Source: an uncultured virus (IMG/VR IMGVR_UViG_3300024999_000051)
Lineage: Duplodnaviria; Heunggongvirae; Uroviricota; Caudoviricetes
DNA: 57,639 nt
Strand: one strand, 5' to 3'
Virus record (IMG/VR): IMGVR_UViG_3300024999_000051
Positions 10,472 through 20,939 of this stretch are shown in pieces; position 1 is the stretch's first letter; each line of letters starts with the position of its first letter. The position numbers and the translations under genes are program-made. The notes under the pieces are model-generated. The model did not search any database. It had not been told where the DNA came from and worked only from the letters and a program-made list of their open reading frames with translations.

Positions 10472-12747
10472 TTAACAGCGATGTACAATTATTTTGGGCA
10501 AATGATGAGAATGGTGATATTGCAATTATATTTGATATGGTTGAAGAAGATAGGAATAAGAAATACACTTGTCCTGTTTGTGGATCTGATGTTAAACCTG
10601 TTGCTTTAGAAGGTAAAACAAAAGATGGTAAAGTAGCACAAGTATCTTCTCACTTCTCTCATTTTGATGCTAGTAAATGTAACAGCGAAAGTGCAGTACA
10701 TTGGTGGTTTAAAAATAAGATATTGCTCAACGGAGATAATTTTATTATTAAGACAGATGTTGAAAATGAATACAAATGCAAAGAAGTGTTGATTGAACAA
10801 TTTTATAGAACTGAGTTTGGTATTTATAGACCAGATATAACTATCATTACTGAATGTGATAAGACAATTTATTTTGAGATGAATTATACTAACAAAAAGA
10901 AAATAGAAGATTATATGGATAAGTGGTTAGAGTTAGGCAATCCAGTTGTAGAAGTTGATATTAAGATGCTTATGGAAGCAAGTTTCAACAAAAGTACATA
11001 CGAATTCAGAGCTTTATTTTATGAAGGAAAATGTTTTAATACAAAGAAGAATGATTTGTATTATGATACTATCGGACAATTAAAAGAAAGAATATGTAAA
11101 AACAATATTATTGATAATGAAATAAGAGAAAGAATTAGAAAGCTTGATTGGTTTTGGATGGAAACGATAAATTATAAAAGAGGAGAAACTAATATTGAGC
11201 AGTTGGTAGATTATATTGATTATTCTGAACAAGACGAAAAGGATTTAATTTTTATAATACTATCTAAGAAAAGATGTGTGTCGATATATGAGGATTATAT
11301 AAATTATAAGGTTGAATTGTTTGAGAAGTTGGCAAATAATTATATAGGCAGATTGGAAGATGGTATTTATAAGGAATATTTTTTAATTAGTAAAATTAAA
11401 GTTGGTAGAAAAAATAAAAATATTATTTACAATACTATTCAATTGAATAATAATTATTATAAAAATTTATGCCTAGATTTTGAAGTAATTAAATATACAA
11501 AAGAGCAATATTATGAATCTTCAGTTGAAAATGTAGATAATATTATTGAGTTAATACCATATCATAATAAAATTAAGGATATTTATTTGAAAATTAAAAG
11601 TAATTATTTAGATAAATTAAATAATGATGTAATTTATTATATAGATAAACAATATGATGATCTCTATTTATCTATAACACAAAGTAACAACATTAATGAT
11701 AATTTTCTATATAAGATAACTTTAAAAGATTGGTATACAACTTATTCATCCATATATGTTAGTTTAGATCATATTAGATGTGAGTGTAATAATAAAAAGA
11801 AGGAAATTAAATTAGACATTATAGATGATAAAAATTATAACAAAAGTGTAGAGTTTATATCTAATATTATGTGTGATGGGATAGACCTATATAATCAAAA
11901 TTTGATTGAGAAAGAAGAGAAGAAACTTAAAGAAAAAATAGAAATGGAAATAAAAAATAAAATATATGAACAAAAGGCTTTATTAGAAATTAAAGAAAAT
12001 AGACAAAATTTTTCAAAGCAACTATTAAATATTTCTAATATTTTTGAAAATCATAAAGAAAAAATAGTTAATTATTGTTTAGATTATATATTGGATAATA
12101 AATACGATAATTTACTATATTTTAAAGATTATAGAGATTTGGAATTTATTATATATAGTGATTCATATTTACATGACCCAGAGGGGATTAAAAAATATTA
12201 CTATAATAATGACTTTGATTTATCCTTAAAAAAATCAAATTGTAAACTTATTAAAATAGAAAGATATTTAGATAATAAAATTTATATAACTGAAATAAAT
12301 AATGATTATGAAATAGATAATAATTTACAAAAACCAGAATATAAATTTACAAAATTATTTAATAAGGAATTAAATTTATCATTTAAATATATTGGGAAAA
12401 ATACAAAAAGTTTACTTAGATATGATTTTTTGAATGCAGAAAAACAAATTAAAGAAATTTTAAAAAATGTATCTGAATTAAAATATAGTTTTCCAATACA
12501 TAATTCTGATTTGTATTGTAATAAAATATATGATATTCCTGAAATTACAGACGAAGAAATAAATAAGAAAATATTTAAAGTTCTTTATCCTATTGTTTGT
12601 CTATCAGAAAAGAATAATGATGATATTTTAAAAATACAGTTAAATTCAGATTTTACAATAGAAAATGGCAACAAAAAACCTTGGTTGATAAAAGGGTTTG
12701 TAGAAAGTCTTAGTAAAATTGGAGTTAAAGCATTTAACATAATTTAA
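10468..12747 (+). CDS. Large protein with N-terminal CoiA-like Zn-finger plus PD-(D/E)XK nuclease domain
   Basis: YTCPVC..HFSH..ESAVH and RPDI...YFEM motifs. Confidence 0.6.
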   Translation: MINSDVQLFWANDENGDIAIIFDMVEEDRNKKYTCPVCGSDVKPVALEGKTKDGKVAQVSSHFSHFDASKCNSESAVHWWFKNKILLNGDNFIIKTDVENEYKCKEVLIEQFYRTEFGIYRPDITIITECDKTIYFEMNYTNKKKIEDYMDKWLELGNPVVEVDIKMLMEASFNKSTYEFRALFYEGKCFNTKKNDLYYDTIGQLKERICKNNIIDNEIRERIRKLDWFWMETINYKRGETNIEQLVDYIDYSEQDEKDLIFIILSKKRCVSIYEDYINYKVELFEKLANNYIGRLEDGIYKEYFLISKIKVGRKNKNIIYNTIQLNNNYYKNLCLDFEVIKYTKEQYYESSVENVDNIIELIPYHNKIKDIYLKIKSNYLDKLNNDVIYYIDKQYDDLYLSITQSNNINDNFLYKITLKDWYTTYSSIYVSLDHIRCECNNKKKEIKLDIIDDKNYNKSVEFISNIMCDGIDLYNQNLIEKEEKKLKEKIEMEIKNKIYEQKALLEIKENRQNFSKQLLNISNIFENHKEKIVNYCLDYILDNKYDNLLYFKDYRDLEFIIYSDSYLHDPEGIKKYYYNNDFDLSLKKSNCKLIKIERYLDNKIYITEINNDYEIDNNLQKPEYKFTKLFNKELNLSFKYIGKNTKSLLRYDFLNAEKQIKEILKNVSELKYSFPIHNSDLYCNKIYDIPEITDEEINKKIFKVLYPIVCLSEKNNDDILKIQLNSDFTIENGNKKPWLIKGFVESLSKIGVKAFNII

Positions 12748-12762
12748 GGAGGAGGTATTAAT

Positions 12763-15561
12763 TTGATTAAGCAACAGCAGTTTTATGTATTCCGTATTAA
12801 ATCTTCTAGGTTGAAAGAATACAAATACAACGTAGATTTAACCATAGAACAAGCAAGGAAGAATAAAGAGTTAATATCTCTTGGTAACAGTGAACTGATT
12901 AGGCAAATCAAGAACCACAAGGAGGTAGATACTAAAAAACTTCAGGAATTAAACAAAATAAAGAAAAACATTAAGTTTCAAAAATCATCAGATGCAAATA
13001 TTAAAGCATTGGGGAATATCCAAAAACAAATTGATGATATATTATTTATTCCAGAAGTAATTGTAACAAATATAAACTCAAATAGTCAATATAAGAATAT
13101 GTATGCTGATACTATAACTGTGAATGGGAAGGTTTTTAGGAGATTCATGTGTGGTAGTGGTCATTCCCGAAATAGCAAGGTTATTTTTGTAGAAGAAGAA
13201 ACTATCAATAGAATTAAACCTATATTAGAAAATGGGTATGACAATGAAAAAGACTTCAGTGCAAATAAATTTAATGCCTATTTTGCCCTCTACAGCAGTA
13301 GCACATACAAAGTAAGAAACTTAAATTTCTGTGTTGTAAAAGATTTAGAAGTAAATATTAAGAGAAAAGTGGATTTTGTATTTCAGGATGAAGAAAAAAC
13401 ATGGGTAGAAGAGTTAGATAATCATTCTATAGATTTAAAACCTCATGACGGAGAAGGTATTTTAACTATTAGAGGTGCAAAGATTTGGGCAGAGGATCTA
13501 GAAATTAAAGATTACATTCCAGGATTTTTCGGGATTAGAAATTCGTTTATTAAAGGGATGTTAATTTCCTACCCCGTGGATGAGTACACTAATGAAATAT
13601 CAGGCACATGTAAATTTGTAGATGCATGGGGGACTGAAAGAAATTCTAATGATTATGATATTTTTCTCACGACTAGTCAACTAAAATTATGGAAGAATTA
13701 TAAGTCACTTGAGGAATTTACTAAAAACTGTGAAGATAATAATTTGTCTTGGGGAGTATGTCATGTTGCTCCCCAACGCAACAATAATTATTGTTTGACA
13801 AACTACCAATATTTACAGACATTAGATATGAAAGATGATGATATTACAGAACTTTGTAAATTCAATGTAGATTGGTTTAATGATATTTTAGGTGGAGATT
13901 CTATAAAAACAGCTTTGTATTTATTAGGTAAAGGTGTTGAAAAAATAGCAAATATAGATGATATTCACAATACCATTGTGAAAGCTATTTTATTAAACAA
14001 TACCTTATCTAAAGACATATATATACAAACTAAAATAATGAGTAGTATAAGAAAAAAGATTCAACACTCATATGCTGGAAAAGTTCTTGTTCAAGGAGGA
14101 TACCAAACTATGTTGGCAGATCCATTTAGTTTATGTCAAAACATATTTGGTGAAAAACCAGAAGATTGTACTGGATTACTTAATGAAGGAGAACATTATT
14201 CAGCATATTGGAATAGTAAAAATGTAACAAGTGTTGATGCGTGTAGAAGTCCTCTTACCCATTACTCAGAACATAATATATTAAATCTTCAAAATCATAA
14301 TGCGGTTAATCATTGGTATAGATATCAAACAACTGGAATTATTTATCCAACACTAGGATTAGACACAATTCGTCACGCAGATTCAGATTTCGACCTAGAT
14401 TTGGTATTTACTTCCAATAGTTCAGTATTTCTAAGATGCGCTCATAAAGACACTTTGCCTATTACATATGAAAAGAAAACTGCTCCAATTGACAAACTTA
14501 CAGAAGATGCAATGTTTCAAGCAGATTTATTGAGTTTTAGCAATGATATAGGTACTATTACTAATTATTCTACAGATATGTATACTATGTTAGAGAACTT
14601 TCACAAAGGAGGTAAATCTCATGATACAATATTAGAAAGATTAAAAATAACTCGTATGCTTCAAGGAAATGCAATAGATAAGTCTAAAGGGGTGCAAGTG
14701 CAAGACTTCCCTAAAGATTGGATTACTTATCAAACAATAAGATATAAAGATGAATTAGATGAAGATGGCAATATAATTGAAGGCAAAGAGAAAGATACAC
14801 CAGAATCAATTAAAGAAAAGAAATTCCTAAATAAATTAGTAATTCATAAGAAACCATATTTTCAAGGTTGGATATATTCAAAATATAGGAAGAAGTATTT
14901 AGAATATATAGATAAGGCTAATTTGTATTGTAAAGTAATTTTTAAATTATCATTAGATCAATTAAAAGAAAAGAGAAGAAAAACTAAGGAAGAAAATGAT
15001 TACATGAAGTTTCATTATCATAATTTACCTCTTAGTATATCTCCAAGTGTGATGAATAAATTGTGTTGGCACATGGAGTCTGCTTGTAAAGATATAAAAA
15101 CAGAGGTTAATGTAGGTAATAACGCAGACATTGTAGAAGTATTAAAAGATAAAGATATAGAGAAAAATGATGTGATATTTTCAAAAGTTTTGAAATTGTA
15201 TAAAGATTTTTGTGGAAAAAAGAGAATTCATGAGAAAACTAAACAAAGATCATATACAAAAGATAAATATGATGAAGAATCTTATGATGATTTACAAACA
15301 TTTTACAAACAAATATATAGAGAAGCGTATAAAATATGTTCAAATACCTCAGAATTAATAAACTATGCTACAGAAATTACCTATGAATTATATCCAAAAG
15401 ACAAGAAAGATTTCTTGTGGGATGTATTTGGAAAAGATGTTTTAGTAAATATAGAAAAGAATAAACAAGATAAGGTTTTTATACCTGTATTAGACGATAA
15501 TGGTACAATCGAATATTTAGGAGATAAGTTTAAATTACAGGAGGTTGTATATGATATTTAA
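12763..15561 (+). CDS. yonO: YonO-like single-subunit DNA-dependent RNA polymerase (RdRP/double-psi-barrel family)
   Basis: HDGEG, IRNSFIKG, CRSP, DSDFDLD, IGTITN and AIDKSKG motifs; SPbeta-like position before HU and late genes. Confidence 0.85.
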   Translation: MIKQQQFYVFRIKSSRLKEYKYNVDLTIEQARKNKELISLGNSELIRQIKNHKEVDTKKLQELNKIKKNIKFQKSSDANIKALGNIQKQIDDILFIPEVIVTNINSNSQYKNMYADTITVNGKVFRRFMCGSGHSRNSKVIFVEEETINRIKPILENGYDNEKDFSANKFNAYFALYSSSTYKVRNLNFCVVKDLEVNIKRKVDFVFQDEEKTWVEELDNHSIDLKPHDGEGILTIRGAKIWAEDLEIKDYIPGFFGIRNSFIKGMLISYPVDEYTNEISGTCKFVDAWGTERNSNDYDIFLTTSQLKLWKNYKSLEEFTKNCEDNNLSWGVCHVAPQRNNNYCLTNYQYLQTLDMKDDDITELCKFNVDWFNDILGGDSIKTALYLLGKGVEKIANIDDIHNTIVKAILLNNTLSKDIYIQTKIMSSIRKKIQHSYAGKVLVQGGYQTMLADPFSLCQNIFGEKPEDCTGLLNEGEHYSAYWNSKNVTSVDACRSPLTHYSEHNILNLQNHNAVNHWYRYQTTGIIYPTLGLDTIRHADSDFDLDLVFTSNSSVFLRCAHKDTLPITYEKKTAPIDKLTEDAMFQADLLSFSNDIGTITNYSTDMYTMLENFHKGGKSHDTILERLKITRMLQGNAIDKSKGVQVQDFPKDWITYQTIRYKDELDEDGNIIEGKEKDTPESIKEKKFLNKLVIHKKPYFQGWIYSKYRKKYLEYIDKANLYCKVIFKLSLDQLKEKRRKTKEENDYMKFHYHNLPLSISPSVMNKLCWHMESACKDIKTEVNVGNNADIVEVLKDKDIEKNDVIFSKVLKLYKDFCGKKRIHEKTKQRSYTKDKYDEESYDDLQTFYKQIYREAYKICSNTSELINYATEITYELYPKDKKDFLWDVFGKDVLVNIEKNKQDKVFIPVLDDNGTIEYLGDKFKLQEVVYDI

Positions 15562-16414
15562 TGAGTTAGAATATGCTAAAAAAATGCTTGTAAAAGGTTT
15601 TATAGGTGATAGATATACGATGGAGTTAAAAATATTGGCAAAATATTATAATAAGAAAGATGGATTAAAAACAGATGCTATTAAAGCAAAATTGAAAGAT
15701 TTTTGTATAAAATATTTACCAAAGTATAATGAAGTATTACATCTAGAAATGATAACTAAGGCATCAAAGTATGGAGTTCAAAAGAAGAATACTTTGATGA
15801 AGATACCTCCTATCCCTATAACTAAAAGTGAACTTGATAAGATAGAATCGCTTAATGATATAAAATTAGAAACTATTGCTTTTACTGCTTTAGTATTAAG
15901 CAAGATAGATAAATATAGGCCAAAAAAGAAAAATAATAAGAAGAATGAATATCATTGTAATAACTTACAAGAGATGTTTATAAACTCAAAGGTTAGAAGT
16001 GATAAAGAGCAGAGAGAAGATTATATAAGAAGATTATCAGAGACAGAATTATTTGATTTAACTGTATTTGCAACATTAAAAATTAATTTTGTAGATGAAT
16101 CAGAAGAACCTGAATTAAGAATTTGTAAATATGAGAATTTTGTTTTAGAGTATTTAAGTTATAAAGGTGAAAATGTTGAAGATTGTATAGTATGTTGTAC
16201 TCCTTTCTTGCCGACAAATAATTTTCAGCGATATTGTAAAATATGTGCAAAAGATATTGAGAAAGAAAATCATAAAGATAGAAATCGTGAACATATGCGA
16301 AAAAAACGTTCTGTGGACGAAGGAGAAAACCCTGCAAATGCAAGTGAGGCAAGCGTTTTAAGTATCCAATGCGAATCCGTATATATGAATATAATAGAAA
16401 CGCAAACACAGTAA
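15545..16414 (+). CDS. Hypothetical protein overlapping the RNAP stop, C-terminal Zn-finger
   Basis: CIVC..YCKIC; overlap suggests translational coupling. Confidence 0.75.
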   Translation: MYMIFNELEYAKKMLVKGFIGDRYTMELKILAKYYNKKDGLKTDAIKAKLKDFCIKYLPKYNEVLHLEMITKASKYGVQKKNTLMKIPPIPITKSELDKIESLNDIKLETIAFTALVLSKIDKYRPKKKNNKKNEYHCNNLQEMFINSKVRSDKEQREDYIRRLSETELFDLTVFATLKINFVDESEEPELRICKYENFVLEYLSYKGENVEDCIVCCTPFLPTNNFQRYCKICAKDIEKENHKDRNREHMRKKRSVDEGENPANASEASVLSIQCESVYMNIIETQTQ

Positions 16415-16527
16415 TGGTTTGAGCAATAATTTATCTATTATATTTATAATTTATAAGGTGTGGTCGATCACTTTGTAAATTATTGCAGAAATAAAAATAA
16501 ATAACTCCAAAGGAGTCCTTATAACAC

Positions 16528-16806
16528 TTGGAAAGAATAAGTCGCGATGAAATGTACTATCTCATAGAAAAGGGAGTTTTAACTCAAATAAAGAATGGTG
16601 GATATAAAGAATATTCAGGTGATAAAAAATTAGTTGTCACAGGAAAATTCGGAAGTGGCAGAGGAAAACAAAGATATGCCCCACCAACATTGCTTTATAA
16701 ACTAGCAAATTTAAAATCTAAAGAATTAGTAGATATGGATAAAGTTAAAGATAACCAAAAGTATTTGTTTAGTGACAATAGTAGTAACAGTGAATGTGTC
16801 TTATGA
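16528..16806 (+). CDS. Hypothetical protein
   Basis: AAGGAG RBS, TTG start. Confidence 0.65.
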   Translation: MERISRDEMYYLIEKGVLTQIKNGGYKEYSGDKKLVVTGKFGSGRGKQRYAPPTLLYKLANLKSKELVDMDKVKDNQKYLFSDNSSNSECVL

Positions 16807-16848
16807 CACTAATTATAAAATAATAAGGACAGGTGGTATCAAATAATA

Positions 16849-18099
16849 TTGCAGAAAAAGTGTTCTAGTGACACCAATTGCCTGATGCAATATTCAAAAG
16901 AAATATTTGAACAATTTGATAAAATATATATTGTGGGATATGTGCTTCGGGAATTAGAGAGAAATAAACATAGTCAAAATGAAGAAAAGAAATATCTTTC
17001 TAGAAGAGCATGTAGAGATATTGAAGCAAATAGGGATAAAGTAATTTATTTTGTTAGTGAAAATGAATATGACATGCCTGAATGCTTTGATAAAGATATA
17101 GTCGATAATAGAATTATATCAAATATTAGGGAATTATGTGCAAAAGATAATGAAATAATTGCATTAAGTAATGATATTCTATTTAAATTTACTTGTGAAT
17201 CTATTGATATTATTTGTGAAAAATTTGGTAATAAAAGTGAAAATAATTTAGAAAGATACAATGGAATTAGAGAAGTATTTTTAACTGAAAGAGATTATGT
17301 AAGAGTAAGAGATAGTGAAATAAATCAATTAGATTGCTTTCCTAATGAATATATTATTATCAATAATACAACAAAAGATGAGCAATATTTGTATATGTGG
17401 AATGAACAATATCTTGAGGAAGTTAAGGTAAAACCAATAACTAACAAATATCTTAGCACAAAGGATGCAGTTGTTCATTATGATCTTTATCAAAAAGCTT
17501 TTATACATATGCTTCAGAACGAAAATGTAAAAATTATGATTACTGACAGTATTTACGGAGCTGGGAAATCTTACATTATGTTACATTGGGCATTACAACA
17601 ATTAGGAAGCAATAATAATGGTAGATATAGTAAAATGTATTTTGTGAAAAGTGATTCACCACCTGATAATAGAAAACCATATCCTGCAATCCCAGGAGGT
17701 ATACTAGAAAAAAGTGAAGGAATTCTTGGAGTTTTATGTGACACTACATCTGAAGATAGTATTAGTGAATTTATGAATAGAAATAGCAAAATTGAAGTTT
17801 TACCAATTCAATTTGCAAAATCTCGTAGTTTACGTAATTCAATTCTATTTATTACAGAAGCGCAAGACTTTACTCCTTCAGAGATGGAAAGATTACTTTC
17901 TAGGATTGGAGAGGATACTGTTGTTTTATTAGATGGGTCTACAAGGCAGATTGATAATAGATATTGCAAACACAGAAATGGATTAACCGTTGCTAGTGAA
18001 AACTTTAAGGATAAATCAATATCCGCACAGGTAAATATGATAGAAGATTTCAGAAGTGAAATTAGTAAAATGGTTAGTGAAATGGATTGGCATGATTAA
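16849..18099 (+). CDS. phoH: PIN-PhoH (PhoH2-like) protein
   Basis: N-terminal PIN (DTN, VLRELE, DNRI, SND); Walker A GAGKS; EAQD, SRIGE, QID. Confidence 0.85.
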   Translation: MQKKCSSDTNCLMQYSKEIFEQFDKIYIVGYVLRELERNKHSQNEEKKYLSRRACRDIEANRDKVIYFVSENEYDMPECFDKDIVDNRIISNIRELCAKDNEIIALSNDILFKFTCESIDIICEKFGNKSENNLERYNGIREVFLTERDYVRVRDSEINQLDCFPNEYIIINNTTKDEQYLYMWNEQYLEEVKVKPITNKYLSTKDAVVHYDLYQKAFIHMLQNENVKIMITDSIYGAGKSYIMLHWALQQLGSNNNGRYSKMYFVKSDSPPDNRKPYPAIPGGILEKSEGILGVLCDTTSEDSISEFMNRNSKIEVLPIQFAKSRSLRNSILFITEAQDFTPSEMERLLSRIGEDTVVLLDGSTRQIDNRYCKHRNGLTVASENFKDKSISAQVNMIEDFRSEISKMVSEMDWHD

Positions 18100-18388
18100 C
18101 TCCCTCAGTCTGTATTACTGTACGGAGTCATAAGGTATAGAGTGTTTTTTCTATCACCTTTTTAAATTAATTCAAGGAGGGCAGTCATTATATTAATGGA
18201 TTTTGGTTAGGTAGAAAAGTCAAATCATTGAAGAGAGGTCTTTGTATTTAATAAAAAAGTACAATGCACCAATATTAACGACATAATCTAAAACTCACAA
18301 GGTTTTATATTAAAAATTAAAATAAATTTCTCATAATAAATTATAACAAAAATAAAAATTTAAAATAAAAGGGGATATATTAAAAAAT

Positions 18389-18673
18389 ATGAATAAAAAT
18401 GAATTAATTTCCGCAATTTCTGAGGCAACAAATCAATCCAAGAAGGACACAGAGGCATTTCTAACAGCATTCACATCCACTGTCATTGCAGAAGTTGCAA
18501 AAGGTTCTAAGGTACAGCTCGTAGGTTTCGGAAACTGGGAGAAACAAGCTACCAAAGGTAAAGAGGGTACTATTCAATTTGGAGAACGTAAAGGACAAAA
18601 ATGGACTTCTGAGGACTCTTATCGCGTTAGTTTCAGTGCAGGAAAATTGTTTAAAGAAGCTGTAAAAGCGTAA
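18389..18673 (+). CDS. hup: HU histone-like DNA-binding protein
   Basis: MNKNELISAI...VQLVGFG...FSAGKLFKEAV; yonN-like position. Confidence 0.9.
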   Translation: MNKNELISAISEATNQSKKDTEAFLTAFTSTVIAEVAKGSKVQLVGFGNWEKQATKGKEGTIQFGERKGQKWTSEDSYRVSFSAGKLFKEAVKA

Positions 18674-18845
18674 TTAATTATTAAACATTTAATCTTGTGT
18701 CGCACAGTAAGTCCTTATATTTAATAGATATCGTTAGATATAAGGCAAAGCGATACATTACAATATTGAGCGTAAGGCAAATTCTTTAATACAAATGATA
18801 TATTCATAATGTAAAATAAAATTAAAAGGTGGAATTTATTAATAT

Positions 18846-19019
18846 ATGGCAAATTTAAATAATCAATATTGTGAATCCTGTGTAAAAGCGAGCGTCTGTG
18901 AATGGTCCCAAAAACTATATAAATTAGAGGGGACGGAACGTAAACCAGGAATTTTAGATATTACAATTAATGGTTGTGATCAGTATTTGTCTTTAGATGG
19001 TGAAACTGAAGAAGATTGA
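18846..19019 (+). CDS. 57-aa Cys-containing protein (MANLNNQYCESC...)
   Basis: AAGGTGG RBS; manual translation. Confidence 0.6.
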   Translation: MANLNNQYCESCVKASVCEWSQKLYKLEGTERKPGILDITINGCDQYLSLDGETEED

Positions 19020-19249
19020 TAACTATTTTAATTAAAAAAGTTTTATTTCATTATCAACGAATAAATATTACAGAGTAAGATATAAAGTAATCTCTTTATT
19101 GTCTACCGTCTAACAAGTAAAACACCTACAAACCCTTAGAGAGAATGGATAAAGTTATCATCATAATTATTCTCCATTCTCTCACAACTCTATTATATTC
19201 TCATAAGAGATTCAGTTTCCAATTATATTAATCATAATATAATATAATA

Positions 19250-19552
19250 TGGCATTGTGTCTACTGCTTAATATCGTAGCTTGAAGAAATGGTGTGACAT
19301 CATTAACTTTAGGATTGGAGTTAAGTATCTTGATAACGATTATAGTATTGTGATTAATAAATAGTAATCTTTGGCAGTCTCAATTTAATTTTATTTTGAG
19401 AAGAGTAAGTCCAAAATGGCTTTATTGCCGATTAGATTCCCCCTCATCACTCATTGTTTGTTCTCTATGCGTTAATCACAGTTTATTTAAACTTTAGTGA
19501 TAGAGACAAATGGCATACTGCAATGAGACTGATGAAATATGAGTATGCCAAA
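19250..19552 (+). ncRNA. Candidate multi-helix structured ncRNA
   Basis: Nested helices TGTGATTAA/TTAATCACA, AATCTTTGGCAG/TTGCCGATTAGATT, TCTCAA/TTGAGA, TGGCATACT/AGTATGCCA in an ORF-free gap; strand assumed. Confidence 0.4.
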
Positions 19553-19620
19553 TTACAAATAAGGTGAGTTTATAGGGGTGGACTCACCTTCATATTTAAA
19601 ATATTAGAGGTGAGATAAAA

Positions 19621-19746
19621 ATGGATGTAATACTAAGCGAAATTCTAAATGAACTCAAACAAATAAAAGAATTACTAGCCCCACATGACTGTAGTGCTAG
19701 TAACGATTCTAAGACATACAAACTTACTCCCTATGAAAAGGAATAA
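19621..19746 (+). CDS. 41-aa peptide (MDVILSEILNELKQIKELL...)
   Basis: GAGGTG RBS; manual translation. Confidence 0.5.
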   Translation: MDVILSEILNELKQIKELLAPHDCSASNDSKTYKLTPYEKE

Positions 19747-19786
19747 CAAAGAAGAAAATACAAATTGAAAGAAGGAAATAATAAAT

Positions 19787-20464
19787 ATGTCTAATTCACA
19801 AAACATTAATTCGACAACTTCACTAAAAGAGTCCTTTAGGATTCTAAATGTATTAGACCAACACACATCTTCCCTCCTGTCTTATATTTCCAACAAATCA
19901 AATTCATTAAAAGTAGAGGAAATACACTTAAAGTCAAAAGTAACAGAAAATCAAGATGAAACAATTGATCAAACTACAGAGCGTCAATATAATTGTTCTG
20001 TAACTGATATTTCTCATTTAATTTTTCAACTTATTAGTCAAAAACTAACCCTATCTCTAGCTATAGAAAATGCGAAGAAAAATTTATTACTTGATTGGAA
20101 GGAAAATGGAGAGCATTTAACATTAGATACAGGTATATTGTTTGCGAAAAAGAGCAGAGAATTGTCTAATAGTCTTAAATATTTACTTGATTTAAAACCA
20201 TCTGAAGCAAAGTCAACTGGTTCGGACTTCATCTTTAATGCAGAACTAAATCAGGTACAATACAAATTCCCAATAGAAAAGAAAGTATCTTTAGATTTTG
20301 ATAGAAATGAGATTAATACTTTGTATAAACAAACAATGAATACTGCTAACACATTGTCGATTCAGATAGAAAAGGCCATGATGCAAGATATTGTGGAGTT
20401 TGTTCCTGTTTATGATATTTTGTCGTCAACATCTGAAATTGTGGAAGAGTATTTATCAATTTAA
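19787..20464 (+). CDS. Alpha-helical/coiled-coil hypothetical protein, putative partner of the downstream ncRNA
   Basis: AAGGA RBS; helical periodicity (SLKESFRILN..LSLAIENAKK..TANTLSIQIEKAM). Confidence 0.75.
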   Translation: MSNSQNINSTTSLKESFRILNVLDQHTSSLLSYISNKSNSLKVEEIHLKSKVTENQDETIDQTTERQYNCSVTDISHLIFQLISQKLTLSLAIENAKKNLLLDWKENGEHLTLDTGILFAKKSRELSNSLKYLLDLKPSEAKSTGSDFIFNAELNQVQYKFPIEKKVSLDFDRNEINTLYKQTMNTANTLSIQIEKAMMQDIVEFVPVYDILSSTSEIVEEYLSI

Positions 20465-20517
20465 CAATGACAATTAATAAGAGAATTGCCTAACCACAAT
20501 TCTCTTATTAAAAACAA

Positions 20518-20939
20518 CTAACCAAAAGCAAAGCAAGATATAGACTATTTCGTATACATCTGAAATTAGATGTTAAATCTTATTTCAAAATTAAAGCTCA
20601 AATAATGCAAGATTGTGTAGATTTACTTTACATAACTTATACATTTGAAACATGAATAATAAACAGGTTTTACTTAATAGTAAAAACAAGAAATCGCTAA
20701 TCATTTTCGCAAAACATAAATTCACTATTCACAAATTCGATATTACATTAATACATTATTCATTAGCACAATAATCGCTTTCGCTAATCACACTCAAATA
20801 ATAAAAATTTAGAAGAAATTCTAAAACTGATTTAAATATAAAAGTGGTAATATCTCATTAGAGGTATTGATAATATAATAGTATGAATCAAAAGAAATTA
20901 ATTAATAAATAGTCTTATTTTGCAATGCTTTTTGGTTAG
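20518..20939 (+). ncRNA. Candidate ~420-nt ncRNA with terminal closing stem and central heptamer array
   Basis: 20518-20550 pairs with 20907-20939; several internal hairpins; ~15 units like WAWTCRC/T at 20691-20797; no ORF. Confidence 0.6.

Noticed and set aside
19400..19425. RNase P-like words (GAGTAAGTCC..TGGCTTTA)
   Set aside because: The two halves are adjacent, leaving no room for RNase P domains
20691..20797. CRISPR array or type III toxin-antitoxin repeats
   Set aside because: Units are only ~7 nt and degenerate, with no spacers or ~35-nt repeats, and no cas genes are present
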